In this document: positions 1-9,721 of the stretch, piece after piece
How the letters are laid out: each line of letters starts with the position of its first letter
How positions within the stretch are numbered: position 1 is the first letter of the stretch
Assembly (NCBI GenBank): GCA_944323055.1
Contig: CALUQZ010000005.1
Coordinates: 2,568-66,567 of the forward strand
Direction of reading: 5' to 3'
Source: an uncultured Acholeplasmatales bacterium
GTDB taxonomy: Bacteria > Bacillota_I > Bacilli_A > Acholeplasmatales > Anaeroplasmataceae
DNA: 64,000 nt
The notes under the pieces: model-generated
What the model was told of the DNA's origin: nothing
The model's database searches: none
The model's input: the letters and a program-made list of their open reading frames with translations, nothing else
Program-made: the position numbers and the translations under genes

Positions 1-232
1 TATATGGAGATGTAAATAAACCAACTTTATAATTTAAACTCAACAACAAATTATTAATATTTATAGCTGTACTACCTTTACCATTAGTCCCTGCTATATG
101 GATTATTTTAAAATCTAAATTATTTAAATTAAGAATCTTTAATAATTCATTCATCCTACTTAAATCTTCACGTTTATGTTTTTTCTTTTTATGTTCTAAC
201 CAATATAAAGCTTCATCTAAATTATCAAACAT
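1..232 (-). CDS. folC: Folylpolyglutamate synthase/dihydrofolate synthase, N-terminal part (gene runs off the left edge)
   Basis: Own translation from ATG at 232-230: MFDNLDEALYWLEHKKKKHKREDLSRMNELLKILNLNNLDFKIIHIAGTNGKGSTAI... The GTNGKGS motif is the Mur-ligase-type P-loop. The start shares 1 nt with the valS stop (TAATG). valS-folC synteny is known from Bacillus. Confidence 0.8.
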   Translation of the reverse strand, partial: MFDNLDEALYWLEHKKKKHKREDLSRMNELLKILNLNNLDFKIIHIAGTNGKGSTAININNLLLSLNYKVGLFTSPY

Positions 233-2823
233 TAATTTAATTCCTCGAGATGTTTAATTACTTCATTATATCTATCTTCATAATCTTTAAGTTTCTTCTT
301 TTCAGCTAACACTTTAGATTCAGGAGCTTTAGAGATAAAAGAAGGATTACCTAACATCTTATGACTTCTTTCTAATTCTTTAGTTAATTTTTCTTTTTCA
401 TTTAATAAATTTTCTTTAACTTTAGCTAAATCAATCAAATCTGATTGTGGTATATAATAAATTAATTCATTTAATACAACTACAACTAAAGTATTATTGC
501 TTTCTGGTTTATTTAAATAAGTTAATGTGTGTGCTTTAGTAAAGTACTTAATATAAGAATCTAATTCTTTAAAATACTTTTCTAAATTAGAATCTTTTAA
601 ATAAATGCTTAAATTAATTGGGCTTTGTAAAGGTTTATTTGCCTCAGTCTTTTGGTTTCTAATGCTAGTTATTAAATCTATTAATGTATTAACTGGCTTT
701 AATGAATCAGCAAAATTAAACTCTTCACAAACAGTAGGCCATTTACTAATAGTTATACTTTCTTCTTCATGTGGTAATAATTGATAAATTTCTTCTGTAA
801 TAAAAGGAATTACTGGATGTAATAATTTAGCAATATTTAATAATACATAATTTAAAGTCCATCTAACGCCTATTTTAACAGACTCATCATTACCATTTAA
901 ATCAACTTTAGCTAGTTCAACATACCAACTAGCAAAATCATCCCACACAAAATTGTACAATATTCTAGCAGCTTCACTAAATTCATACTTATCATAATAG
1001 TAATCAACATCTTTAATTACCTTATTTAGTTTAGATAAAATATATTTTGATATTAAATTAAGATTTTCACATTTAGCCTCTTTTGAAGCAGTATTCATCA
1101 TAACAAAACGGCTGATATTCCAAATCTTATTTAAGTAATTCCAACTTGATTGAACTTTTGTTTCATCATATCTCAAATCTAAACCTGGAGCTGAATTAGT
1201 ATTTAAAAAATATCTTAAAGCATCACAACCATATTTATCAATAACATCAAAAGGATCTACCCCATTACCTAAAGATTTAGACATTTTTCTTCCTTCTTTA
1301 TCCCTTATTAAACCATGAATTAAAATATCTTTAAATGGGGCTTTATGCGTAAATTCAATACCTTCAAATAACATTCTAGATACCCAGAAGAAAATAATAT
1401 CATAACCTGTAACTAATAAATTAGTAGGATAATATCTTTGATATGTTTCTGTGTTTTCTGGCCAACCCATAGTAGCAAATGGCCATAATGCACTACTAAA
1501 CCAAGTATCTAAAACATCTTCATCTTGTTTATACCCTTCACCAGGACAATTTTCTGAAACTACTACTTGGCCATCTTTATACCACGCAGGAATACGATGT
1601 CCCCACCATAATTGACGACTAATACACCAATCTTGAATGTCAGTTAACCAGTGTTCTAAAACTTGTTTATAACGTTCAGGAACAAAACGATATTCTTTAT
1701 TTTCTAATACTTGTTTAGCTAAAACATCCATGTTAACAAACCATTGTTTTGATAAACGTGGTTCTACAACAACACCAGTTCTTTCACTATGACCAACATT
1801 ATGAACAATTTCTTCAATATGGTCTAAAAGTCCTAGTTCTTTTAAGTCCTCAAGTAAAACTTCACGACATTTATAACGATCAAGACCGGCATATTTTAAA
1901 GCAAGTTCATTCATAGTGCCATCTTCATTCATACATAATGGCATTTTTAAATTATGTCTTTTACCTACTTCAAAATCATTAGGGTCATGTGCTGGCGTGA
2001 CTTTTACAATACCGGTACCAAAATTAATATCAACATAATCATCTGCAATAACAGGTATTTTGTAGTTTGTAGTAGGTATAATTACTTCTTTACCTACTAA
2101 ATGTTTATATCTAGGGTCATTAGGATTAACCATTAAAGCTTGGTCAGCAAACATAGTTTCAGGTCTTGTTGTAGCTATTAATAATTTATCTTTACCATCA
2201 CTAGTTAAATAATAAATATAATATAAGGCTCCTTTATCATCTTGATGAATAACTTCAATATTTGATAGTGCTGTTTTAGCTTCGCTATCCCAATTAATTA
2301 TTCTTTCTCCTTGATAAATATAGCCTTTTTTATAAAGATCAATAAATACTTTATTAACAGCTTTTTTCATACCATCATCTAAAGTAAATCTCTCTTTAGT
2401 ATAATCAAGAGATAAACCTAAACCTTTCCATTGATCCTTAATAAATTTAGCATATTCATCTTTCCAAGCCCAAGCCTCCTTCATAAAAGCTTCTCGACCT
2501 ATATCAAATCTAGAAACTCCTTTTTCTGCTTTTAATTTAGCATCTATTTTAGCTTGAGTAGCAATACCAGCATGGTCCATCCCGGGAAGCCATAACGTGT
2601 CATAGCCTTGCATTCTCTTTCTTCTAACAACCATATCTGCAATCGTTGTATCCCAAGCATGACCGATATGCAATTTACCAGTTACGTTTGGTGGTGGTAA
2701 AACAATTGAAAATGGTTGTTTAGAATTATCACCAGCCGTAAAGAATCCTTTCTTTACCCAATAGTCATATTTACCATCTTCTACTTTTTTGTGATCATAT
2801 AATTTTTCTAATATTTTTTCCAT
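232..2823 (-). CDS. valS: Valine--tRNA ligase
   Basis: 863-aa ORF with class I HIGH (KLHIGHAWD) and KMSKS motifs, a full-length ValRS-like sequence and a C-terminal coiled coil. Confidence 0.97.
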   Translation of the reverse strand: MEKILEKLYDHKKVEDGKYDYWVKKGFFTAGDNSKQPFSIVLPPPNVTGKLHIGHAWDTTIADMVVRRKRMQGYDTLWLPGMDHAGIATQAKIDAKLKAEKGVSRFDIGREAFMKEAWAWKDEYAKFIKDQWKGLGLSLDYTKERFTLDDGMKKAVNKVFIDLYKKGYIYQGERIINWDSEAKTALSNIEVIHQDDKGALYYIYYLTSDGKDKLLIATTRPETMFADQALMVNPNDPRYKHLVGKEVIIPTTNYKIPVIADDYVDINFGTGIVKVTPAHDPNDFEVGKRHNLKMPLCMNEDGTMNELALKYAGLDRYKCREVLLEDLKELGLLDHIEEIVHNVGHSERTGVVVEPRLSKQWFVNMDVLAKQVLENKEYRFVPERYKQVLEHWLTDIQDWCISRQLWWGHRIPAWYKDGQVVVSENCPGEGYKQDEDVLDTWFSSALWPFATMGWPENTETYQRYYPTNLLVTGYDIIFFWVSRMLFEGIEFTHKAPFKDILIHGLIRDKEGRKMSKSLGNGVDPFDVIDKYGCDALRYFLNTNSAPGLDLRYDETKVQSSWNYLNKIWNISRFVMMNTASKEAKCENLNLISKYILSKLNKVIKDVDYYYDKYEFSEAARILYNFVWDDFASWYVELAKVDLNGNDESVKIGVRWTLNYVLLNIAKLLHPVIPFITEEIYQLLPHEEESITISKWPTVCEEFNFADSLKPVNTLIDLITSIRNQKTEANKPLQSPINLSIYLKDSNLEKYFKELDSYIKYFTKAHTLTYLNKPESNNTLVVVVLNELIYYIPQSDLIDLAKVKENLLNEKEKLTKELERSHKMLGNPSFISKAPESKVLAEKKKLKDYEDRYNEVIKHLEELN

Positions 2824-3356
2824 TTAATATCCTCCTCATAATCTTCTTTAAAATAAGAATATAATATTACATCATAAATAGTCCCATCATATAATTTATT
2901 ATATTTTTTTATTAGACCATCTTCTTTAAAACCATTTTTTAAAATCATTTTCTGACTACGTATGTTTTCTTTTAAAGCCATCATTTCAATAACTTCTGCA
3001 TGTTTATGTTTAAACGTGTACTTAACTAAGGCTTTTATACATTCACTACCATATCCTAAACCTTGATATTCTTTTGCTAAACTGATTCCTAAAGTATATA
3101 CATCTTTTAATTGTCTAATACTTCGTTTATAGATATTACATGTACCTATAAAAATTTGATTAGGCTTTAAAAAGATTGAATAAGTATCTCCACTATAAAT
3201 AGCTCCTAAAACTAAATGTTTTGCCGTCTCTAAATTATCTATTGGTTTAAATCCAGCTAATCTAGCTACTTCTTCGCATTTTGCATAATTATAGTAATCA
3301 ATATAATCACTAAATACCATTTCTCTTATTTCTAGTCTTTCTGTCTTAATAGTCAA
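2808..3356 (-). CDS. GNAT family N-acetyltransferase (RimJ/RimL-like)
   Basis: 182-aa ORF with the acetyl-CoA binding motif QGLGYGSE. TTG start preceded by GGGGTGAT. Overlaps the valS start by 16 nt. Confidence 0.8.
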   Translation of the reverse strand: MTIKTERLEIREMVFSDYIDYYNYAKCEEVARLAGFKPIDNLETAKHLVLGAIYSGDTYSIFLKPNQIFIGTCNIYKRSIRQLKDVYTLGISLAKEYQGLGYGSECIKALVKYTFKHKHAEVIEMMALKENIRSQKMILKNGFKEDGLIKKYNKLYDGTIYDVILYSYFKEDYEEDIKWKKY

Positions 3357-3365
3357 TATATCACC

Positions 3366-3590
3366 CCATAAAAAAAGTCCTTAGTATAAACCTAAGGACG
3401 AAAAACCGTGGTACCACCTTAATTCTAGATAAAACTAGCACTCATTAAACTTTAACGCAGCAAACGGTTTAGCTACTCAATTCACATAAACAATTAAAAG
3501 ACTACCTTCAAAATAATAACTTGATATTTGCACCAACCATATCATCTCTAAAAAGTTTATTATTTTTACTCCTTCTTTCAGAGTTGATAT
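3366..3590 (-). promoter_or_regulatory. T-box riboswitch leader with terminator/antiterminator, upstream of GNAT-valS-folC
   Basis: Minus strand reads ...AGAGA..GGTGCAA(distal loop)..GAAGGTAG(specifier region)..GAGTAGC..GCGTTAA..AATTAAGGTGGTACCACGG (T-box core at 3406-3418). It is followed by hairpin GTCCTTAG-N7-CTAAGGAC (3377-3399) and T7 (3370-3376). Confidence 0.85.
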
Positions 3591-3618
3591 TAACACAAAT
3601 TAAGTTTAAAGTAAAGAG

Positions 3619-6294
3619 TTATTCGACTGCTTTTAAAGAATCCGTCATAGAAATCTTTTTATAATATGGGATAAAGCACAAATCAACAATTAATGAAAAA
3701 CCAAGAGTTAATAAAATAGCATATAAATAACTCCAAACAGAAATTTGTCTACCTGCCATTAATGTATCAGTATCAATAATATTAGCTACTACTTGATGCA
3801 AGACAAAGCCTACTCCAATACCTACTAACATGCCTACAATAGTCAATATAAATGTTTCTCTAGCTATATAGCCATGTACTTCTGTATTTTTATATCCTAA
3901 TACTTTTAGTGTAGCAAGTTCTCTCTTTCTTTCTGATACATTTATATTCATTAAATTAAAGATAACAACTATAGCTAAAAAAGCAGCAAAGAAAAGTATT
4001 ACTATTACAATTAATGAAATATTACTAATTAATGAATTATAAGCTAGTCGCATACTAGCTACATATTCAATTGAAATAATTTGATCTGTATCTAACAATT
4101 CTTCAGTAAAGCCTCTTTCATCAATACCATCATAATTTAATAATATTCTATTATTTGTAAATGAAGTTACATCACTACCAATAAATAAGAAGTTATCAAT
4201 ATAATTTTCAAAAACACCAGTAATAGTATAATTTACATTATTATAAGTTATTATATCTCCAACATTTAAATCAAAATCTTTAGATATTAGTTTAGATATT
4301 AATACATCGTTGCTAGTAAACTTATCACTTCTACCTTCAATTTTAATACCAAAATAGTCATTTAGGATTTCATCAGAACCAATGACTTTAACTGTATAAT
4401 CATTTAAAGTAAAAGTATCATAATAAATAGCATCTTGTTTTGTAATATAAGAATTATTTAAAGTATCTAACCCTTGCGTTGGAGCTGCCATCGCATCATA
4501 TAAAACGATATCTTCGTATTGTTTATTACTAACAGCATCCATCGAATCTTGTAAGCCAAATGCTAATAAAATCAAGGCTGTACAACCACCAACACCTATT
4601 ATCATCATAAATAAATTACGCTTATAACGAATCATATTACGAATTGATGATTTATACTTAAATGATAGATGCTTCCAAATAAAACCAACTTTTTCAAGGA
4701 ATATTCTTCTACCAGGTTTAGGTGCTTTTGGTATTAATAAATTAGCTGGAGTTTCTTTTAAAGTTCCATATACACTTATAACAACTACCAAAATAATTAA
4801 AGCAATCATACCTAAAACTACAGCTGAAACAAAAGGAGTATCATAGACTATGACAAATGGTGGCATATGACAAGTACTATTAAATATATTATATATAACA
4901 CTAGGAATTAAAGCTATACCAAGCCCTATTCCAAGTATTGATCCAATGGCTGCTGCACATACACCATAAATAATATAACGCATAAGTACGGCAAATTTTG
5001 AATAACCTAAAGCTCTTAAAGTTCCCATAGTAACTCTTTCTTCAAAAACTAATCGACGTAAACTTGTAAGAGCTACTAAAGATGCTATAATGAAGAAAAA
5101 TATCGGGAAGATAATAGCTACATCTTCAACTTTATCAACATTCATTTGGTAAAAAGCAGTTGAATAATTATCTAAGGAAGTTAGATAATATGTTTCAAAA
5201 GTTAAATCGCTTAAAGCTTCATTAATACCATCATTTATATTATTTTCAATTTGTTCATCGATATATACTCCTAAAGTTGTAGCCCCATCTACATAACTAG
5301 AAATATCAAAATTATAAAGTTCTCCTGTTTTATTTGTAAAATTATCAGCTACAATGTCTTTACTAATCTCAAACAAGATAAAGTTTATTGTTTCTCCATT
5401 ATTATATCTATTAACTACTTCTTCATACGGACCTACAATAGTTTCTAGTGCCCCTCCTAAACTACCTCCATAAAATTCTTTTAAAAAAGTTAAAATAGCT
5501 TCATCATAAGAAACACTATTTTGTGCTTCTCTTCTTAAATACTCTACAAATGCATTATAGTGATTATTTTCAAAATCACTATTCTTTAAAATATCAATTA
5601 AATCGTTAGCTTCATTTAAAAAATTATTAGAAAAGATATTGTCTTCAAGTCCAAAATATAAATATAAATTAGTATAAATATAATTACGAGAATCACTAAT
5701 AGTACTTAAATAATTATCTATAGGTAAGTATACAATTGTATCTAAACTAGCATTAATTGTTTGTGAATCATAACGCTCTTTCATCATATACCATGAATTA
5801 GCTACAACTCCGACAACTTTATAAGTAGTATCATCTATTTTAATTGTTGAATCTACTTCAATATTCATCAAATAGTTACCATTACGTTCTACTACTACTT
5901 CATTAGCACCTTCAGGCATTCTACCACTTACAAGTTCTAATTTATCAGTAGCATTACTTGCTAAATCAGTATAAACTAAATGACCTACTCTAGCTAAATC
6001 ATTAACATATATATACCTATCTTCTTCATATGTTGCTCTTATCGTAACATTTTCATCATACGTATTGTCAATGTATGTTATATCATCAGGTAAAAAACCA
6101 GTTGTACTCATCAAATACAATTCACTCATATTTGAGTCTTTAAAATAGGAATTAGCTGTAGCTTCTAAATCGGGAGAAACGCCAAAAATACCAACTAAAA
6201 AACCAATACCTAATACAACTATTAAAATTAAAGTTATAAAACGTGATAAATTACTTCTAATTAATTTTAAAAGAGATTTAATATATATTTTCAT
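3619..6294 (-). CDS. ABC transporter permease, FtsX/MacB-like with duplicated FtsX domains and large extracytoplasmic regions
   Basis: 891-aa ORF with N-terminal TM, central and C-terminal 3-4 TM clusters. Sits directly downstream of the ABC ATPase with a 3-nt gap. Confidence 0.85.
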   Translation of the reverse strand: MKIYIKSLLKLIRSNLSRFITLILIVVLGIGFLVGIFGVSPDLEATANSYFKDSNMSELYLMSTTGFLPDDITYIDNTYDENVTIRATYEEDRYIYVNDLARVGHLVYTDLASNATDKLELVSGRMPEGANEVVVERNGNYLMNIEVDSTIKIDDTTYKVVGVVANSWYMMKERYDSQTINASLDTIVYLPIDNYLSTISDSRNYIYTNLYLYFGLEDNIFSNNFLNEANDLIDILKNSDFENNHYNAFVEYLRREAQNSVSYDEAILTFLKEFYGGSLGGALETIVGPYEEVVNRYNNGETINFILFEISKDIVADNFTNKTGELYNFDISSYVDGATTLGVYIDEQIENNINDGINEALSDLTFETYYLTSLDNYSTAFYQMNVDKVEDVAIIFPIFFFIIASLVALTSLRRLVFEERVTMGTLRALGYSKFAVLMRYIIYGVCAAAIGSILGIGLGIALIPSVIYNIFNSTCHMPPFVIVYDTPFVSAVVLGMIALIILVVVISVYGTLKETPANLLIPKAPKPGRRIFLEKVGFIWKHLSFKYKSSIRNMIRYKRNLFMMIIGVGGCTALILLAFGLQDSMDAVSNKQYEDIVLYDAMAAPTQGLDTLNNSYITKQDAIYYDTFTLNDYTVKVIGSDEILNDYFGIKIEGRSDKFTSNDVLISKLISKDFDLNVGDIITYNNVNYTITGVFENYIDNFLFIGSDVTSFTNNRILLNYDGIDERGFTEELLDTDQIISIEYVASMRLAYNSLISNISLIVIVILFFAAFLAIVVIFNLMNINVSERKRELATLKVLGYKNTEVHGYIARETFILTIVGMLVGIGVGFVLHQVVANIIDTDTLMAGRQISVWSYLYAILLTLGFSLIVDLCFIPYYKKISMTDSLKAVE

Positions 6295-6297
6295 ATT

Positions 6298-7029
6298 TTA
6301 CCATTCAATATCTTCAATAGGAATTGGATTTAAATTTATTTCATTAGCCGTAATTTGTCCGTTTTTAATATTTATCACTCGATCTGCCATTTTGGTAATT
6401 GCCTGATTATGTGTTATTAAGATAACTGTTTTATTATTCTTTTTACATAAATCATGTAATAATTTTAAAACTTGTTTACCAGTAACATAATCAAGTGCAC
6501 CTGTTGGCTCATCGCATAATAATAACTTTGCGTTTTTAGCGATTGCTCTAGCTATACTAACTCTTTGTTGCTCTCCACCAGATAATTGAGCTGGGAAATG
6601 GTTAATTCTATCAATTAGTCCTACTTCTTCTAACACTTCTTTTGAATCTAAGCTAGATTTAGATAATTCTTTAGCAATTTCAACATTCTCTAAGGCCGTT
6701 AAATTAGGCATTAAATTATAAAATTGAAAAACAAAGCCAATGTCATATCTTCTATAATCTGTAAGTTGTTTATCATTTAGATTAACAATATCCTTACCAT
6801 CAAAATAAATATGTCCTTCATCAGCGTGTTCCATACCACCTAAAATATTAAGTACTGTTGTTTTACCTGCACCACTTGGACCAACTACTACACAAAATTC
6901 GCCTTCATTGACAGCAAAAGATATATCATTATTAGCTACAATAATATCTTCACCTGATTTATAACGTTTATAAACATGACTAAATTCTAAAAAAGAATTA
7001 TTAATTTTTGCTGCTACCTTATCTTGCAT
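6298..7029 (-). CDS. ABC transporter ATP-binding protein (MacB/LolD-type)
   Basis: Walker A GPSGAGKTT, signature LSGGEQQR, Walker B LLLCDEPT. Confidence 0.93.
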   Translation of the reverse strand: MQDKVAAKINNSFLEFSHVYKRYKSGEDIIVANNDISFAVNEGEFCVVVGPSGAGKTTVLNILGGMEHADEGHIYFDGKDIVNLNDKQLTDYRRYDIGFVFQFYNLMPNLTALENVEIAKELSKSSLDSKEVLEEVGLIDRINHFPAQLSGGEQQRVSIARAIAKNAKLLLCDEPTGALDYVTGKQVLKLLHDLCKKNNKTVILITHNQAITKMADRVINIKNGQITANEINLNPIPIEDIEW

Positions 7030-7125
7030 AGTCTATCACCTCTTATCTAATTTTATTATAACATTTTAAAAAGTTTATTAAAGATAAAAAAGAGAAATAA
7101 CATAAAATACCATAATTTTAATATT

Positions 7126-7635
7126 TTATTTACTTCTCTTTTTTAATTTATATTTACGATAATAAGCAGCTTCTTCAGAAACATGATAAATAGAAACAAT
7201 ATCAGCCACTTCTAAAGTTAAAGCTTTAGTAGGGATTAAAAGTTGGGCAGCAAATTCATTAGCTTGCCACTCTATATCCATATAATTCTTACATTCATCT
7301 ACTTCGATAAAAGTAAATTTTAATACTTGTGTTTGAATATAATGAAAAAATTCATGAGCTAAAGTAAAATTAGAGCGATAAATATCAGAGTATGATTCAT
7401 TGTAAACAGATTCCTTAACTGTTATAGTGTTAGTTAAAGGATTATAGTTAGCATATTCATCTACTAAAAAACTATCTTCGCAAACTTCTAAATTCAATTT
7501 GCCTTCATTATTTAATTGCTCTAAAATATCAATTATTGGAAAAAAAGTATCTTCACTAATATTAAACTCTTGTCTAACTCGTAAAGCAATTTCTTCGATA
7601 TCTTTAACAGCTAACGGATTAGTTTTAGTCTTCAT
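7126..7635 (-). CDS. ImmA/IrrE family (COG2856) zinc metallopeptidase
   Basis: HEXXH motif (LAHEFFHY) followed by EWQANEFAAQLLIP, typical of ImmA/IrrE. Overlaps the upstream XRE gene by 11 nt. Confidence 0.75.
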   Translation of the reverse strand: MKTKTNPLAVKDIEEIALRVRQEFNISEDTFFPIIDILEQLNNEGKLNLEVCEDSFLVDEYANYNPLTNTITVKESVYNESYSDIYRSNFTLAHEFFHYIQTQVLKFTFIEVDECKNYMDIEWQANEFAAQLLIPTKALTLEVADIVSIYHVSEEAAYYRKYKLKKRSK

Positions 7636-8002
7636 TTTCGTCTAAAGCTTTCATTAATTTTTCAATTAAATCAGGATCAGCTGATTTGATTTTACGAGCA
7701 AAAGTTAATGATGCTTCTTTTTGTTGGCGATTTAGACCATTTAAGTCTAATAAAAGACGATTATTAGAAATAGAAATACTATCTTCTAGATTTTGTTTTT
7801 GTTCATCACTTAAACTATATATTTCACAAATTCGATCAGCATATTCAGTTGGAATCTTTTTCTTACCAATTTCCATAGCAGACAAAAAAGCCGCAGAAAC
7901 GCCTAATTTTTCAGCTAAATTTCTAAGTGAATCTCCTTTGTATTTTCTTATTTGTCTTAACATTTTTCCAAATTCTGTAACATTATTTCCTACATTGGTC
8001 AT
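7625..8002 (-). CDS. XRE family helix-turn-helix transcriptional regulator
   Basis: HTH region LRNLAEKLGVSAAFLSAMEIGKKKIP. I place the start at the ATG at 8002 (MTNVGNN) because the SD GGAAGG lies 9 nt upstream. The TTG at 8011 has no room for an SD. Confidence 0.8.
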   Translation of the reverse strand: MTNVGNNVTEFGKMLRQIRKYKGDSLRNLAEKLGVSAAFLSAMEIGKKKIPTEYADRICEIYSLSDEQKQNLEDSISISNNRLLLDLNGLNRQQKEASLTFARKIKSADPDLIEKLMKALDENED

Positions 8003-8025
8003 AATAATCAACCTTCCTTGTTATT

Positions 8026-8054
8026 ATTCTATACCTTTTTATTTTATTTAGCAA
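8026..8054 (-). promoter_or_regulatory. Sigma-A type promoter for the XRE-ImmA pair
   Basis: Minus strand TTGCTA (8054-8049), 17 nt spacer, TAGAAT (8031-8026), about 20 nt upstream of the SD. Confidence 0.5.
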
Positions 8055-8057
8055 GTC

Positions 8058-8086
8058 ATAAAAAAATAAACCGAGAAACTCGATTT
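8058..8086 (-). terminator. Rho-independent terminator of rpsO
   Basis: Minus strand AAATCGAG-TTT-CTCGGTTT (8-bp stem, one G-U) followed by ATTTTTTT. Overlaps the rpsO stop codon. Confidence 0.7.
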
Positions 8087-8354
8087 ACTTTCTTAAGCCT
8101 AAGCTTTGAATTAAAGCTTGATAAGCTTTATAATCTTTCTTTTGTAAATAGTTTAACAAGCTTCTACGTTGACCAACTTTAGTCATTAAACCACGACGAC
8201 TATGGAAATCATGTTTATGAACAGCAAAATGTTCATTAAGTTGGTTAATTTCAGCTGTTAATATAGCAATTTGAACTTCAGTTGAACCAGTATCAGTTGG
8301 AGTTTTGCCATATTTTTTAACTATTTCAGCTTTTTGTTGAACAGTTAAAGCCAT
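8085..8354 (-). CDS. rpsO: 30S ribosomal protein S15
   Basis: 89 aa, [16 protein letters not shown]...[10 protein letters not shown]...RRSLLNYL, canonical S15. Confidence 0.97.
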   Translation of the reverse strand: MALTVQQKAEIVKKYGKTPTDTGSTEVQIAILTAEINQLNEHFAVHKHDFHSRRGLMTKVGQRRSLLNYLQKKDYKAYQALIQSLGLRK

Positions 8355-8477
8355 CTTTTTTTCCTCCTTGTTATTAAATATTCGCGATAAACCTAGTAAT
8401 TCGCTGAGGGACGAATAACAAAGTAAATCGTAGACTTTGTAATTTTAACATTATTTTTTACACATTGCAAGTTATTT

Positions 8478-8801
8478 TTATAACTTTACAAATTGTTCAA
8501 CGTTTATTATAAATATAGTAGCTCCTCCAATTGTAACTTCAATTGGACTAGGACTCAATAAACCAGCTGACATACTAGCAATTGGTGTTACCATTTTCTT
8601 ACGTTGATGAGCTTCTGATTTAATAATATTAATTACTTTTTCCACTTCTTCATCTTGACACCCTACTAACATAGTAGTGTTACCACTTAATAAGAAGTTA
8701 CCTGTTGAAGCTAATTTAGTTGAATAAAATTTATTCTTTACTAAACTTTTAGCTACTGCTTTAGCATCATCATTATTGACAATAATAATTAATAGTTTCA
8801 T
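8478..8801 (-). CDS. PII-like cyclic-di-AMP receptor (DarA/PstA, YaaQ/DUF970 family)
   Basis: 107 aa. Motifs FYSTKLASTGNFLLSGNTTMLVG and IGGATIFIINVEQF match my recollection of B. subtilis YaaQ. Confidence 0.75.
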   Translation of the reverse strand: MKLLIIIVNNDDAKAVAKSLVKNKFYSTKLASTGNFLLSGNTTMLVGCQDEEVEKVINIIKSEAHQRKKMVTPIASMSAGLLSPSPIEVTIGGATIFIINVEQFVKL

Positions 8802-8813
8802 TATAAGACCTCC

Positions 8814-9710
8814 CTAACTATTAAAATAATCAATTATATTTACTTTATCTTCTTCTAGTTGTTTTTCTAGTTCTTTAATATTTTTAAATTTTTTCTCTGG
8901 TCTAATCCTTTTATAAAACTCTATTTCTAATAATTGTCCATAAATTAATTCATTAAAATCAAAAATATTTACCTCTAATTTAACATTTTCACTAAACTCA
9001 ACTGTTGGGTTGTTTCCTATATTAGCCATTCCTAAATAAACATTGCCATTATATTTAACTTTTACAGCATAAACTCCGTTTTTAGGTAAATAATAAATAC
9101 CATAATCAATATTAGCAGTCGGAAATCCTAATTGTCTGCCTAATTCTTTACCAGCTACTACTTTTCCAAAAACATTAAAGTTTCTGCCTAACATAACTTT
9201 TACTGTTTCCATATCACCATTAGTTAATAATTCTTTAACATAAGTAGTAGAAACTCTAACATTATTTATTTGATATTTAGGAATTTCATGAAAATCAAAA
9301 TATTTAGCTAAATCTTTAATAGAACCACTCGCTTGTTTAGCAAATGTAAAATCATATCCACAAACGACACTAACAATACCTAAGTCTTTTAAATGGTTTA
9401 TAAAATCCATTTTATCCATATTAGCTATTTCATCAGTAAACTCAACTATAAAAAGATAATCAATTCCCATAGATTCTATAATTTTAATTTTATGAGCGAT
9501 TGGGGTTATTTGCTTATAAGGATCAATCTTTTTCAATATAGTAAAAGGATGTGGATAAAAAGTTAAAACAGCACTTTTTAATTCAAACTCTTTACTTTTA
9601 TTTATTAATTGTTGATGTCCTAAATGAACTCCATCAAAATTACCTATAGCACAACATAATTTTTCATTAAGCTTAATAAATTCGTTATTTCTTATCCAAA
9701 TAACATTCAT
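8814..9710 (-). CDS. ribF: Bifunctional riboflavin kinase / FMN adenylyltransferase
   Basis: 298 aa. N-terminal GNFDGVHLGHQ nucleotidyltransferase motif and C-terminal GFPTAN riboflavin kinase motif. Confidence 0.93.
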   Translation of the reverse strand: MNVIWIRNNEFIKLNEKLCCAIGNFDGVHLGHQQLINKSKEFELKSAVLTFYPHPFTILKKIDPYKQITPIAHKIKIIESMGIDYLFIVEFTDEIANMDKMDFINHLKDLGIVSVVCGYDFTFAKQASGSIKDLAKYFDFHEIPKYQINNVRVSTTYVKELLTNGDMETVKVMLGRNFNVFGKVVAGKELGRQLGFPTANIDYGIYYLPKNGVYAVKVKYNGNVYLGMANIGNNPTVEFSENVKLEVNIFDFNELIYGQLLEIEFYKRIRPEKKFKNIKELEKQLEEDKVNIIDYFNS

Positions 9711-9721
9711 AACTTCACCGC

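Noticed and set aside
3440-3530. Reading the T-box specifier as GGU (glycine) in the GAA-NNN-A register
   Set aside because: The antiterminator bulge is UGGU, which pairs with an A73 discriminator, and the downstream synthetase is ValRS. A GUA (Val) specifier one nucleotide over is the more coherent reading. This still needs a covariance-model alignment.
7126-8011. XRE-ImmA pair as part of a prophage
   Set aside because: No integrase, repressor-operator arrays, structural or lysis genes, or att-like repeats are visible on either side. The flanks are rpsO and an ABC exporter.
7686-8051. 121-aa plus-strand ORF
   Set aside because: It is entirely antisense to the well-supported XRE gene, has a low-complexity Phe/Ser/Leu-rich translation, and has no SD. 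It is a shadow ORF of AT-rich coding DNA.
8355-8477. S15 autoregulatory leader structure upstream of rpsO
   Set aside because: A hairpin-capable segment (ATTCG...CGAAT around 8385-8425) exists. I could not support a specific S15-binding fold by eye, so I left it unannotated.
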